Shown: positions 1 through 12,971 of the stretch, piece after piece
Layout: the number at the start of each line of letters is the position of its first letter
How positions within the stretch are numbered: the first letter of the stretch is position 1
Assembly: GCF_030144855.1 (NCBI RefSeq)
Contig: NC_082707.1
Coordinates: 145,328,001-145,392,000 of the forward strand
DNA: 64,000 bases
Origin: Hypanus sabinus
Lineage: Eukaryota
Reading direction: 5' to 3'
Made by a program: the position numbers and the translations under genes
Notes under the pieces: generated by a model
Told to the model about the DNA's origin: nothing
Databases searched by the model: none
Seen by the model: only the letters and a program-made list of their open reading frames with translations

Positions 1-170
1 CCCATGGAATATTGAAAGGCTTAGATAGACAATCTGGAGAGGATTTTTCCTGCAGTGGGGGTCTAGGATCAGTGGACAGAGCCTCTGAATAGAGGGACAT
101 CCATTTGGGACAGAGATGAGGAAGCATTTCTTTAGACAAAGGGTGGTGAATCTGTGGAATTCATTACTGG
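1..170 (+). mobile_element. CR1 LINE fragment (ORF2 C-terminus)
   Basis: Degenerate translation ...FGTEMRKHFFRQRVVNLWNSL, the typical CR1 ORF2 C-terminal motif. Confidence 0.85.
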
Positions 171-825
171 AGAATAGTGTTAAGAGAGGGGAAATCATCT
201 GGGAGTAGGTATGGGTGTTTGAAAGCTTGAATATGTTGACTTAAGAACAGCTTCTCTGCTGCTTTCAGACTTTGAAAACGATCCTCTCTTTCACACCCTT
301 TCCCGATGGAGCTGCTATATTCCTGTACTCTTTAATTCTACCTGTCTCCTTGACATTTCATTTTGCAATATTTCAGTTTTGCACTTCAGTCTTTGCACCA
401 TTCTACTGTTTTGTGCTCAGCATCCTCCTCATTTACAACTCCTCCACACGTAGCTTTTGTTTCTTTACTATCCCATTATTCCATTAACTGCATCTGTTTG
501 TCACTGCATCATCCTTGCCTTCTCTTTTTTTCCTCTTTCTCATGTTTCTCTGGCCTGTTATTACTTACAAGCGTAATATTTTTCAGTATTGACAGAAGAA
601 TATTGTACTGAAGCATCTCTTTTTTTTGACATGTCATATATTACCACCATCTTCTATTTTAGTATAAATCTAGTTGCCCTCGTTGGCAATGGATTTATTA
701 GTAGTATTCATTTTGTGTTCTGAACACTTTTCAAGGATGGGGCGTACATTTCCACTTCATGCATCATATGGTTCCTATGGGTGGAACATTGTTGGGGTGT
801 TTCAGCTATACTCTTGTTTATGAAC

Positions 826-901
826 AAGACCATAAGACAAAGGAGCAGAAGTCGACCATTTGGCCCATCGAGTCTGCTCCGCCATTTCGTCATGAGCTGA
901 T
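826..901 (-). mobile_element. CR1 3' UTR fragment
   Basis: gaccataagacaaaggagcagaagtc...ccatttggcccatcgagtctgctccgcc matches the CR1 3' end at ~36445-36520 and, inverted, at 39300-39380. Confidence 0.7.
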
Positions 902-1475
902 GTCCCTATAAGCTCAAGACCTATAAATATCAAAGAAACTTCCGTGAAGAAACTTGTGGTCCATGAAACCTACTCACTGAACCATAATACAATGAAGTAT
1001 TTTACTATCACTTCCTAATAACTCCAGTTGTATGATGTTCAAAAGAAAAGCAGGATATTGACCAATAAATATCTAGGCCAATTCCAAGCAAAAAAAAATG
1101 CCCTCTAATTTGATGAAAAATAAGCTCTAGAAATCCTGTCAAACCTAGACCCACCTTGCATCTTGTCAACACAATGAAACTGTCTGATTCATTTTCTATC
1201 TGTTTCATCAAAGCTATACTAATTCATTCCAGGCATGAACTACCACTATGTAGCAGGAAACTTCATAATGTCTAACCTAGTTCTGTTTTTTTTAATAATA
1301 AGAAGCATGACCCCCTCCCCCCGTGTTTCTAACTCACACTTTCAAATATCTCAATCACGTAGACAGATAGTCCACCTTAAAATTTATATATTTAAGGTTA
1401 TCTGTAGTATATGGTTTTTGAATATAATCAGCAGTAGTTTTCTATCATTTTAGCTAAAGATATTGAGATTAGTAA

Positions 1476-1665
1476 TCCTTCTAGAAGACTTTTCCAAAAG
1501 TCTTTACATATTTTCTGTCATGTGAAAGCACCAAGGTTGGCCGTGGTATTCCATTTGACACCTATTTTGAATAATTTGACCATTAACTTTCATTTTATTG
1601 TTCTGAAGTAAATCCTAACACACGGTTTGCCAAAATTTATTCTACTAAAAATAATAATTATTTAT
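1476..1665 (+). repeat. Left copy of long direct repeat flanking the RTE element
   Basis: tccttctagaagacttttccaaa...ttttcattttattgttctgaagt...caaaatttatt recurs at 3279-3448. Confidence 0.9.
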
Positions 1666-1667
1666 TT

Positions 1668-3278
1668 ATCATCGTAAGTGATCACATAGTCAAGTGTGAT
1701 ACTTCTCCTGTTGGTTGATCTGGTCACTTGCAGGCCTTGAGATGACTGAAGAGGCTGACGTGTGATCCACAACTCCTATTGTACTATTGGCAGGTGTACT
1801 TCATTGAAGTGGTAGTGGATGTAGCTGAGTTGGGCCTTTCCCCGTCTCGCCTTGCATTGAAGCTGCGTAGTCTCAGTGGCATGGTGGAGGTATTCTTCGA
1901 GCTGTGCAGTCCCCTCATATACAGTCCTTCTCCAGCTTTCCCTATCCTGTGCTAAGTTCTCCCATCTGTTTAGATCGATGTGGCACTTCCTCAGGTGGGT
2001 CTTGTTATTGTCTTTGAATCACTTTTTCTGCCTTTGCTTCCTTGAGTTGGCCGAACAGGAGTTGTTTAGGGAGGTGACAATCTAGCATACAGATGATGTG
2101 GCCAACCCAGTGCAATTGGTGTTGAGACACAATTGTGGCTATGGAGTTTGCTTCCTCCAGGATGCTGGAGTTAGTATGCCTGTTCTTCTAGCTAACTCTC
2201 AGAATCATTTGGAGGAATCTTTGAAGGTAAGCTTCTCGGGATTTTATGTAACTGCTGTACGTTGTCCATGACTCTGCTCCATATAGCTAGGAAGGAAGGA
2301 ATGTGGCTTTATAGACCAGAAGCTTAGTGTTGGTTTTGATATCCTGATCTTCAAAAACCCTCTTTCTCAGACTGGCAAAGGCTCCACTCGCACAGCTTAT
2401 TGTTCAATTTATTTCAAGGTCATTGTTGGCTCTTGAAGAAAGGAGGCTGCTATGGGAAATAATCAGTGTTTCCAGAGGGATGTTGTCAACTCAGTTGGAG
2501 GTTTAGGAGCTTGATCTGGAGCAGGTTGAGTTTTCTTGATGTTTAGATCAAGTCCCAGGAGCTAGCTTGCCTCCTCTAGTGGTAAAAGCATCTATTATGC
2601 ACTGCAGATCCTCCTTAGAATGAGCTACGATGGCATTGTCAGCTACACATCGGAGCTCCATGATGGAAGTTCTTGACACCTTGCTCTTTGCCTTGAACCT
2701 GTTAAGGTTAAGAAGCCCTCCATCTGTCCTAAAGAGAATCTGGACTCATTGGCCTGTGAGGTGAAGAATGTTGCAATGGAAACAGCAAACAGTTGAGGCA
2801 ATGACACAGCCCTGTTTGATCCTGGTCTCAACCTTAAAAGGTGCTGTTTCAGAGCCGCTATTGCTGATGACTGTTGCACTCACATCGTTGTTTGAGAGCT
2901 GCAGGATCTTGAGGTATTTCTCCAGGCATCCAGTTTTGGATAGTACCTGCCCAAAGGGCAGGATGATTTACAGAGTCAAATGCTTTTGTAAGGTCTATGA
3001 AGGCCATATAAAGTGGGAGATTTTGTTCCTGGTCTTTCTTCTCTAATTGTGCTGTAAAAATCATGTCAGATGTTCCTTTGGCTGGACGGAAGCCACATTG
3101 GGACTCAGGCAGGAAATCATATGTTAGAGGTGAAAGCCAGTCATATAAAATTCAGTTGAGTCACCTTACTTGTTGTAGAGAGGAGGGAGATGCCTCCATA
3201 ATTTCCGCAGTCGGCTTTATCACCCTTTTTGAAGAATGTGACAGTTAAAGCGAGTTAAAGCATCCCTGAGTTCAGGTG
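1668..3278 (-). mobile_element. RTE-clade LINE, 5'-truncated, decayed ORF (RT domain to C-terminal Zn-finger-like motif)
   Basis: Minus-strand peptides FKKGDKADCGNYGGISLLS, MIFTAQLEK..EQNLPLYMAFIDLTKAFDSVN and C-terminal RSCGSHVSLFSHLKACK*, characteristic of RTE/BovB-like RTs. Confidence 0.9.
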
Positions 3279-3448
3279 TCCTTCTAGAAGTCTTTTCCAA
3301 ATGTTTTTCTATTTTCTGTCATGTGAATGCACCAAGATTGGCCATGGTATTCCATTTTAAATAATTTGATCAATAGTTTTCATTTTATTGTTCTGAAGTG
3401 CATCCTAACCTGTGGTTTGACAAAATTTATTATAATAGTAACTTATTT
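3279..3448 (+). repeat. Right copy of long direct repeat flanking the RTE element
   Basis: Colinear with 1476-1665 (roughly 80% identity by eye, small indels); begins exactly at the RTE 5' truncation point. Confidence 0.9.
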
Positions 3449-5729
3449 GTGGAGCACTTTTCACACATTCAATGTAGTTCAAAGTGCTTTTCAATGGGAT
3501 AAAGTGCAAACATTAAAATAAGATATAAAAATTGTCTCTTGGTACCAACCTCGCAACCTCTTTACTGTGTATTTCAATACTAGCCTGTTTTCTGTTTGCT
3601 AAATATTAATTCAGTCTGAAGGACAGTATATTCTTCAGACTTGGCCTTAATCCTATTCATATGAGGGTATCTGCTGAACAGAGTCATCCCTCTTCCCACC
3701 ATGCATATAGATTAGATTGTAGCTTTCTTGTCACAAGACCTAACATTAGCATCAATCTTCTAGTTACATGTAAACTTGTTGAATGAACTCCCAAAGGTAT
3801 CATCTAGATTATTATCAAAGAACGGAAAACAAATCAGTATGAACAGTTTTAAAAAATGTGTAGATGTACTTGAAAATAAACTTCCATAAAATTAACTATT
3901 TCTTGTACAGTACAATATAAATCTTTCCTTTTATTTCGAAGCACTTCATCACAGAAAATAAATTTATCCGGTGATATATGATACCATGGCTGAAATTAGA
4001 TCTAGCAAAATTGGCAGACAGCCCTTCACACCTTTGTGTGGCAATTATCAGTGCATTTCAATGATGGAGTTGATGGATTCTTTTAAAAGTAAATTAATGC
4101 AACCTTTACATCCTAATGTTTCCAATACACAGGGCAAATGAGTGTTTATCCAGTGATGTGGCCAATGGACATTTCATGAATGTAATATTTGATTGAATTT
4201 TGACATTTGTCTTCAAAGATCATCCATTAAGATTGTGCACCATGGGAGTTCCTTTTCCAATGCATATTTTACATTATCTTCTTTAACAAATTGGATTGAA
4301 TTGACTTTTTTTAAAGGGTTATGCTGTTCTTAATTAAATACTCATGATTCGCTTGGTTATGTAGATATATTTAAGGGGATCACAATTATATTTTGCCTCG
4401 GTTGTGATCCCCTTGCATGCTTTTCTTATGTAGCTCTGCATGTTAGTGTGGAATATTTTGAGTAGTTAACTGACAGTAATGTCCAATTTATAGCATGAGC
4501 AACAATTTGCATAGTACAGCCATTACTCAATGCTGATCTTTGCAGGGTGAATCATGCTATTCTTGTTTTCATTAAAAGATTGTGGATGTATGGTGGTTTG
4601 ATCTAAAGACAGTGACATATCACTCACCAAGCCCTCTGTAAGTAATGAATGGTTTGCAGTTACTAAATATTTTTATAAGATTAGAGATAACATTTTGTAA
4701 CTTTTTAATGTTTGAGAAAAGAATTAGTGGGGAAATCACTTCATGGTAAATGATGCTGAAATTGCTTTGTGCATTTGAATGATAGCTTCATCCATTTTTA
4801 TCAGGAGCAACACCTGGAGAGGTTGTTAAGGGAATCTGAATGCATAATTTGGCTTAAACCTGATGAAATGTCACCAAGGACAGCTGTACAGAAAATTCTT
4901 TGTAATGTCACATCAACTTGTGCATTTTCACTGACCTGTCGATTCAGCAGCATATTCACACTCCTAGTTGATGTTGTATATTGCTAAAGCAATGATAAGT
5001 CTATAAATAGGTTAAATGAGAAGTATTTTATGTTCAAAAACAGAGAACATAAAAAGACTTGGAGATGTCCAACAGACAGTTTAGTCAAAGCTTCAAGCAT
5101 TCAGGATTTAGACCTTTCATTTTCATTATATGCATGTGATTATCAGACCAGCCAAACACATAGTTTTATGCTTGAACTTACTAAATCAAATTAAATGTAC
5201 TTGGCCTCAACCTTCAGAGTAAAGAAGATTTGAAAAGAGATGATACGGCACCTAAAGGGCAGGCTGAGCAGAACTGCCACAATAATCTTGTTTTGCTTCA
5301 GAAAGCATAACTGTTGATTGGTGTGTTATTTATGTCGGAGGAGCGAAGAGCACAAAATAGAAAACTGTCATGGTGTTCCCACAGCTAAAGGAATTACTTG
5401 TTTTACAACCTGTTTTAAAAAATGAATAGCTCTAACTAATTAAGCATCAGGGAGTATTCTGCCTTATGTTAGTCTTTGGGAAAAAAACATGATGAAAAGG
5501 AAACAACCTGTAATAAGTGTATTTAAACACATTTCAAATTGTTTACAATTCAGAATTCAGTCTCTTGGAAAAATTGTCTTTATATTCTTTATATGTGCAC
5601 ACAAATATAATTGTTGAACATTTTTATTCCTTTTTTTCTTCATAAATATGAAAGGCATTTTCTAAGAGTCTCAATGTCCATTTAATTAAATTGGAATGAA
5701 CTCAATTATTTAAGTACTCAATTCATAAC

Positions 5730-7856
5730 TGGCAGGATAGTTAATAGGTTATTCCTATGCCACTCAGTTAGACACTCTCACATGGGAGGAGTTCACATGC
5801 AGGGTTGTCAATAAAGTTGAGTTGAATATCCTGCATGCTGCTCTGCACTACCCCTCAATCGAACACAACATGCTGTTAGAAGCGGTTGAGCGTCGACGAC
5901 TTCGTGCTACAGACCAAGTGAGACCTTCAACAATCAATAATTTACACTGACTGTTCTTGTTTGTATATATCTATGAAAAATATCCAGATTTTTATCAATC
6001 TAAACTGCCTATGTTAGTTATTAGTGTGTACACCACGAGGCTGAGCTGAGAACTGGCTAGGATTGCTAGGCAATGCCTTCAGACTACACCAGATGTGGAT
6101 ATGTTGTAATAATCTGTGGTCCACTAGCCTGGAGTGCCCAGAGACACAGACACAGCAGAATAGTCATTTAAACTCTCAAGGAGAAAGAAAGAAGACTTTT
6201 GTAGTTCAAATAAATAAAATAATAAAAAACAAACAGGAAAATGGAACAAATACCTGCAGAACCTACATCAATTTACCTAATAGAGCCCTCCGTGACATTT
6301 GATTTCTCTAAACCAGGGGACTTTGAGAGATGGCTGAGACGCTTTGAGAAATTTAGGGTTGCAAGCAATCTCACTCAGGCTTCAGAACAGCATCAAGTAA
6401 GCACACTGATATACTGCATGGGTGACAAAGCAGATTACATCATGAGTGGATTAGGATGGAGGGATGCTCAGAAAAGGCAATACAAAACAGTGCAGGACAA
6501 ATTCAAAGAATATTTCACAGGAAATATATATGATATATGAGAAGGCAAGGTTCTACTCTAGGAAATAGGAGCCAAATGAAAGTGTAAATGACCTCATCAC
6601 AGCTTTGTATGTCCCGTCAGACAACTGTGCATATGGAAATTTGAGAGATGAACAGGATTGTTGTCAGGCTACTCGACACCAAATTGTCAGGGAGACTTCA
6701 GTTACAGCTAATCCCACATTAAAGAAAGCTGTTATGCTGCTCAGGCAGAGTGAGAATGTTCAGGCAGAACTCAGGCACAAAAACAATGCTGTGGTAAAGC
6801 TGGAAGCTGGATAAAAAGAAGGGTACAAACAAGGTGCAGTCAAAAAGACTACACAAAGAGGTGACAGTAGAGCTCAGCTCAAACAAAAAAGACAAGTGAA
6901 ACAAAGAGAGGGTAAAATGCCCAACTGCAGGAAATGCGGCAAGTCTCCATTCCACTTTAAAGAGCTCTGTCCAGTAAAAGAAGCACAATGTCACCAATGC
7001 AATAGAGTTGGCCATTATAAAAGCCATTGTCACTCAAAAACTCTTCAGGAGGCCAAAGAAGACCATGATTCAGATGAAGAGAGAGCTTTCCTTTGGGCTT
7101 TAGATTCAAATAGACAAGGCTGGTTTATTATGGTTCAGTTGCAAAATGAGACAGTGACATTCAAAATAGAAACGGGCAGATGTCATAGCCATTCTGAAAT
7201 GTCTGTTCACAAAACAGGCAAAGAAAACAGGCGTTACACTAAACCCAGTAAAGGAAGTGCTCATGGGGCCAGGGAAACATAAGCTTAGTGTGAGAGGAAT
7301 GTTTACTACCTGCATCTGTAAAAATGAGAAACAGTTAAAAGAGAATGTCTATTTTCTTCAGAATCTCTTCTCACCACAACTGGAACAACATGTCATCAAG
7401 ACGGAGAACTTCATTGCTAAACAATGTTCAGTGGCAGTTCAATGTTGAGAAATGAAACTGTTCTTTTTTAAAAAAAAGGGAATTGGTGGAAAAAAAATGA
7501 GGAGAACAAAGGGACAGAGAGAGAGACCATCAAAAACAAAGAGAACGGCAGTTATAATGTTGGCAATTCTTTTTTTACATTCATGTAAGGAGCATAAGTT
7601 ACATGCTATGGGTAATGTGAACTAAATCGCTCAATTTCAGTTACTATAATTTCAATGCAGTTCTATAGACAAATAGTACATATCTAGTTTTTCTTTTTTT
7701 TTCAAGATGGGAAGAGGTAGTGGTAGTTAATAGGTTATTCCTATGCCACTCAGTCGCTCCCACGTGTGAGGAGTTCACAATAAAGTTCAGTTAAGTTTCC
7801 TGCATGCTGTCCTCCTGGTGTGTGCACTACACTATCCCTTAATATCAAACACAACA
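5730..7856 (+). mobile_element. Ty3/Gypsy LTR retrotransposon, internally deleted (LTR-gag-protease remnant-LTR)
   Basis: ~140-bp LTRs 5730-5870 and ~7718-7856 (shared tagttaataggttattcctatgccactcagt...aataaagtt...cacaaca); degenerate PBS tgctgttagaagcgg at 5871; purine tract aagatgggaagagg before the 3' LTR; 5-bp TSD ATAAC/ATAAT. Confidence 0.9.
6241..7440 (+). pseudogene. Gypsy gag (two Zn knuckles) and aspartic protease remnant
   Basis: FDFSKPGDFERWLRRFEKFRVASNL..QVSTLIYCMGDKA; CRKCGKSPFH..C and CHQCNRVGHYKSHC knuckles; FKIETG (DTG-like protease site); multiple stops and frameshifts. Confidence 0.85.
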
Positions 7857-8878
7857 ATAATAACCTGAAGATATACTTATTTCACAGTTTGAAATGCTTT
7901 TTTTCAAATAAAATCTCCATAGTACTTATCACTCTGAGGTGACCATCATTGCAACGAAGAGTGCAAACTCAAAAGCAGTATAGTATAGAAACTGGGAGTA
8001 ATATGCCGCCTGTATCGAGATCAGCATTTGTTTTTAAATTATATTTTGTCATTTTCTTTGTGTTAATTGCTGTTAACATTTAGTGAAAAAATTTGACTTC
8101 ATGCCAGCTTAACTTATCAAATACTATTATATGCACACATATTTTAAGTTTTATCTCCTCCTCAGTGCCAAATAATTTGTCTGGCTGAGTTGGAATTTGG
8201 CAGATCAGAGTACCGGCTGAGTAAGCAGCATGTTCGGCAGTACGCTGTTGTGTGTTGTTTCCTTCTCTTGTCCTTGTCCTCGTCCACTTCAAGGTGTGCC
8301 TTCCATGTGTCTTTAACTTCAGTGGTTTCAGCTTGCTGATAGAAGGCTGTTTACTTTTAATGCAGCAATCTGCAAACAGAGAAGGATGTCCAGAGCAGCT
8401 GTAGCCCACGATGCCAACCTTTACACTATATCTGTTTGTCATGGATATTAGTTCAATAAACTTGGTAGCTGATGAGCACTGGAAGATGGATTGTGAGTGG
8501 CTCAGAAGTGTTCCCATTCTGGAAAAGGTAGAAGATATACTTAAGGAGCAATTCACTTCCCGGAAATGGCAACTGTCATAGTCATCTGTTGAGAAGCTGA
8601 ATGGGCTACTTAACACCCTTTAAACAGTAGAACCATTATGCAAGTAGCCTGATCTTGCAAAACAGCAAGATAGCTTGCATTGTAACAGGAGATATTGGAT
8701 CTTACTGTCTCAGCTGCAGTAGAAGCAGAGAATAACCACCAGAAATTGCCTTACCGTTGGGTTTCAAGTGTGCTAGAGGAGTTGCTCATCACCTTCAGAT
8801 TGGAAAGGATGCTCTGCAAGATTGGTATAGGATTCTTTAGTGTTCCTCAACATTGCACATAATATCTACAAGTGTACT

Positions 8879-9412
8879 TAACATAGAAATATAGAAAACC
8901 TACAGCACAATACAGGCCCTTTGGCCCACAAAGCTGTGCCGAACATGTCCCTCCCTTAGAAATTACTAGGCTCACCTCTAGCCCTCTATTTTACTAAGCT
9001 CCACATACCTATATAAAAGCCCCTTAAAAGGCCCTATCGTTTCAGCCTCCACCACCGTTGCTGGCAGCCCATTCCACGCACTCACCACTCTCTGAGTAAA
9101 AAAAACTTACCCCTGACATCTCCTCTGTACCTGCTCCCCAGCACCTTAAACCTGTGTCCTCTGGTGGCAACCATTTCAGCCCTGGGGAAAAACCCTCTGA
9201 CTATCCACACGATTAATGCCTCTCATCATCTTGTACACCTCTATCAGGTCACCTCTCATCCTCCTTCGCTCCAAGGAAAAAGGCTGAGTTCACTCAACCT
9301 ATTCTCATAAGGCATGCTCTCCAATCCAGGCAACATCCTTGTAAATCTCCTCTGCACCCTTTCTATGGTTTCCACATCCTTCCTGTAGTGAGGCGACCAG
9401 AACTGAGCACAG
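8879..9412 (-). mobile_element. CR1 LINE 3' end, 5'-truncated
   Basis: catagaaa-type tail repeat; reverse complement closely matches 29179-29706. Confidence 0.9.
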
Positions 9413-11329
9413 ACTTCCTGTAACATTTCATTCTATAAAGCCATTGGTCATTCAGCCTGCCTCATTCCTCGACGGAAGCACTTCTGGACAAATCTGTCCC
9501 CAAGGGAGCTAGCAGAGGACAACATTGCTCAGTACGTTACCATTTAATGAACTTAGAGTACCTGAGTTGGTGACAGGTGGAAGTTCAATTATGGTGGAGA
9601 TGCTTATTCGCCCTCTTCCTCTCTATCATAGGCTGGCCAGGCTACATTTCTTGGCTATTTGAAAGAAGAACAAAATGCAAAATTAGTTATGGAACTAGTG
9701 AAATTTTAAGTCAGGAAGGTGATTCTAATTGTTGGTAACCAAACATACCTGCCTTGGAATATTTCCTTTGATGATGCCAGGATAACTGTTTCTGAAGATC
9801 AACAGTTCGTGTGTTCTCTAATTAATGGATAGTGTTTGATTTTATACACAATTCCTCAGATAATAAAGCTGACCTTGGCAGCATACTACAAGTCCTGCAT
9901 TTCTACACAAATACTGGTCATTGATCATTTCCAGCAATGGGTTATCAACCCAGTTCCTATTGGCAATTAGCAATAATTTGATCCCCACCAATTGTGTACT
10001 GGAGTTGTAACCATGGACATGATTTTCATGTAATTTTTCACAAATGAGGATATCAAAAGCTATCAATTTTATAGTAGAGTTTTTCTTCTCATCTTACATA
10101 TTTAAACATTGATCAGTTAAAACCTATTGCTGTAAATTAGACATAAAAATGTGGTGAGAATACCTTTTGGAAAATTACATTTCCTCATTTAGCTCAGCAG
10201 CGTGGTATATATTAATACTATCAAAGAAAAAAACTTGAAATTTAAATTGCTATCACTTTTTTTTTTACCTCCTGTTGTTCATTCTTTGTCCTCTATGTAT
10301 TCAAATAATATTTCTCCTGCAGTCTATTTATTTTTCCCCTCTTTTCTCAGTCTGGCTCTTCATCCTGAATTTTATTTGCTGCACTGGAGAACTGGCTTTT
10401 GCTATTCACCCCCTTCACACCTGCTTACAAGATTTCTCTGGTTTCTGATGAGAGACTTCTGGTTGGCAAGCCTCAGATCTAGTGGACAACTTCTGTAAGA
10501 GATCTGTGATCTGTCTGAGAAAGCCAAGAAACCAAAAGAGTGCTCAATCAATCAGTTTGACAAAGCTGAACTAACGAGTCAAAACTAGGATGTATAAAAG
10601 CAAAAAGCCTCAACTAGATTTATGTCAAGAGTAGAGAGGAAATGAAAGACTTGGAAAGACAGCTGGGATTATAAATGGAGATAAAAGAAAACAAGCAAAA
10701 AAAAAAACATTTTCAGGTCAGGAAGGCTATTTGATAGTACTTATTACTTACTATGCTGTTCAAAATTAATCTGCTCCTGAATGCACCAGGACAAACATTT
10801 CTAGGCATCTTAAACAGGAAGATAATGGACCTGTATCCCAGGTTCATGTATGTGCTTTGGTTTTATTGATATATTTCTTGTTGAAGCTGTGGCTTTCCTG
10901 AGCAGCAACTTCAAGATTTCCATGTTTAAGCATGCAAATGCTACAAAGTGCTTTTGTAGTAGTGAATGCATTTAGTCTTTTTGATATTTCACTGCAAAAG
11001 CTGGACCAGCAAATTAGCTTATTATTGCATAAAATGAAGTTATATGGATTATTGTGCTATCTGCAAGTTACGTGGCTGTAATAAAAGTTTTTTAAAGCGT
11101 AGTTAAACTTTATAACTTGCCATTGAAAAGTCATGCTCATTTTCAGAAATACTTAACATAATTCTTGTTATTTTGTTAACAATATCATTAAGCCAAAAAT
11201 GATTTCTTCGCTTCCCATATAACATGGAATATACCTCATCTATCCCTGGATGTTTTTCCAATATTCCAGCACATTGTCTTTCTGAACATTGACATGTTCC
11301 AGCATATTAGCTACATTGTTCTCTCATTC

Positions 11330-11680
11330 ATTGATCCCTCTCATTGGAAAATATTGAAGCAAAGTATTCTTTAAGGACCTTCCCTACCTCCTCCAGCTCC
11401 AGGCACATTTTCTCTATGGCCCTGATTGGTCCTACCCTCTCTTTAGTTATCCTGCTTTTCATGTGTAGAATGCCTTGGAGTTTTTCTTAATCCTATTCAC
11501 CAAGGGCTTCTCATCTACCCTTTTAGCTCTCCTAAGTCAATTCTTAAACTCCTTTCTGGCTACCTTGTAACTATTTAGAGCCCAGTCTGATCTTGCTTCC
11601 TCGAGCTTAAGTAAACTTCTTTCTTCATCTTCACCAGACATTTGACATCTCTTGTCAACCATGGTTCGCTGTCTCAATGG
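11330..11680 (-). mobile_element. CR1 ORF2 fragment (region between endonuclease and RT)
   Basis: YKVARKEFKN*LRRAKR..LVNRIKKNSKAFY, homologous to 27830-27940. Confidence 0.7.
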
Positions 11681-12971
11681 GACAAACCTATGTGGAGCCC
11701 TATGCAGGTGCTCCTTAAACAACCTCTATATTTCCATCATGCAGTTCCCTCAATATATCCTGAGTTTCTTATCACTTACAGGATCAGTGGCACACACATG
11801 GGGGCTATAATTGTGTTGCCAGTTTAGGATTGACATTTTGTGATAGTAAATCTCTTGCTGCCTATGCCATCATTTCTTTCCTCAGCTGGGAAAACTGGCA
11901 ATGGGTGGTGAACCAAAGCCCCTGCCTTTCTTCTGGTCCTTTTGTATGGCTTCTCCATCATGGATTTCAGTCTCCAAGTTCCTTGCTGTTCCTCCTCTGG
12001 AATCAGGAGTACAACTTGCGGCATGATTCCTGCATCTGTTTGGCAAATATTGCAGGACATCCCACATGCATGCAGGCAGCAAAATCACAACCTGAGGAGT
12101 TGATGTTTTCTGCTAATATTCTGGAACTTGCCCAGCTCTTGTTGTATCTGTGTGCAGCCAGCATGGAAAAGGAGGGTTAGTCTTGTACAAGCATCCAGCA
12201 CCTCATCAGTACAACAGCTGAAAATGTCTGGCAGAGTAGTCTTCAAAGTGAAGAAATTGTGTACTTTCTGGAAACAGTATTTGTCATGAAGTACTTCCAG
12301 TAATTCAAAGAAGTTGCACTTTGTGCAACTAAAAACTTTTCCTGTTGATACAAAAGGCAGGATTCTTTTGAGAGCCCTGTTGGGAATGAGTGTAATAATT
12401 GTCTGTTTGCACTTATGAAAAGTTAACAATCATGTTCTCTGCTGATAGCAAATGAATAAAATCATTTCTGTGTGCATACATTAAATAGGTGACCTTTCTA
12501 ATACAGCAGTAAGTAGCAGAAAGTAGATCTAATGGAGATCTGCTGTGGCCTTTGAAACATCCTGTAGGGAGGAAGTTGATCCCCACTATGAAAGGGCTGC
12601 AGGCATGAGAATGTGACCAAAGGTCATCCCGCAGAATGTCTTATAGTGTAATGATGATGACCTTCGGAGATCTGACCCTGTGAATGCATTGTTCAGGGAG
12701 GTCTAGGTAGGAGTGTACCCCTGAAGGCGCCCTGAAAGAAGTTCTTGATTGGCACATCTATCCCTAATGCCCTTCATCCAAATTATGACCTGCAGGTCAT
12801 AAAAGGTCAAATCCTTCAGTAATATAGTACTGCCAGTACTTTTAATGCTGAGGCACCTATTGTTTGGGTGTTCATCAACTAAATATTGAAGAAAAAAATT
12901 CCTTGTTAGGTTAACCACATTCCAGACTTTAGAACGTGTTTGTATAACCTGCAGCAAATTCTGAAGATGCA

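Noticed and set aside
4579-4637. Exon candidate ending CT|GTAAGT (IVDVWWFDLKTVTYHSPSP)
   Set aside because: Weak acceptor, peptide not recognised, and no partner exon found
8080-8616. 178-aa minus-strand ORF, the longest non-TE ORF outside the gap
   Set aside because: Non-ATG start, no recognisable motif, composition unlike a real protein and no convincing splice pair; likely a chance ORF, though blastp/tblastn is needed to exclude it
11824-12429. Cluster of overlapping ORFs on both strands
   Set aside because: No recognisable domain and no consistent exon structure in any frame
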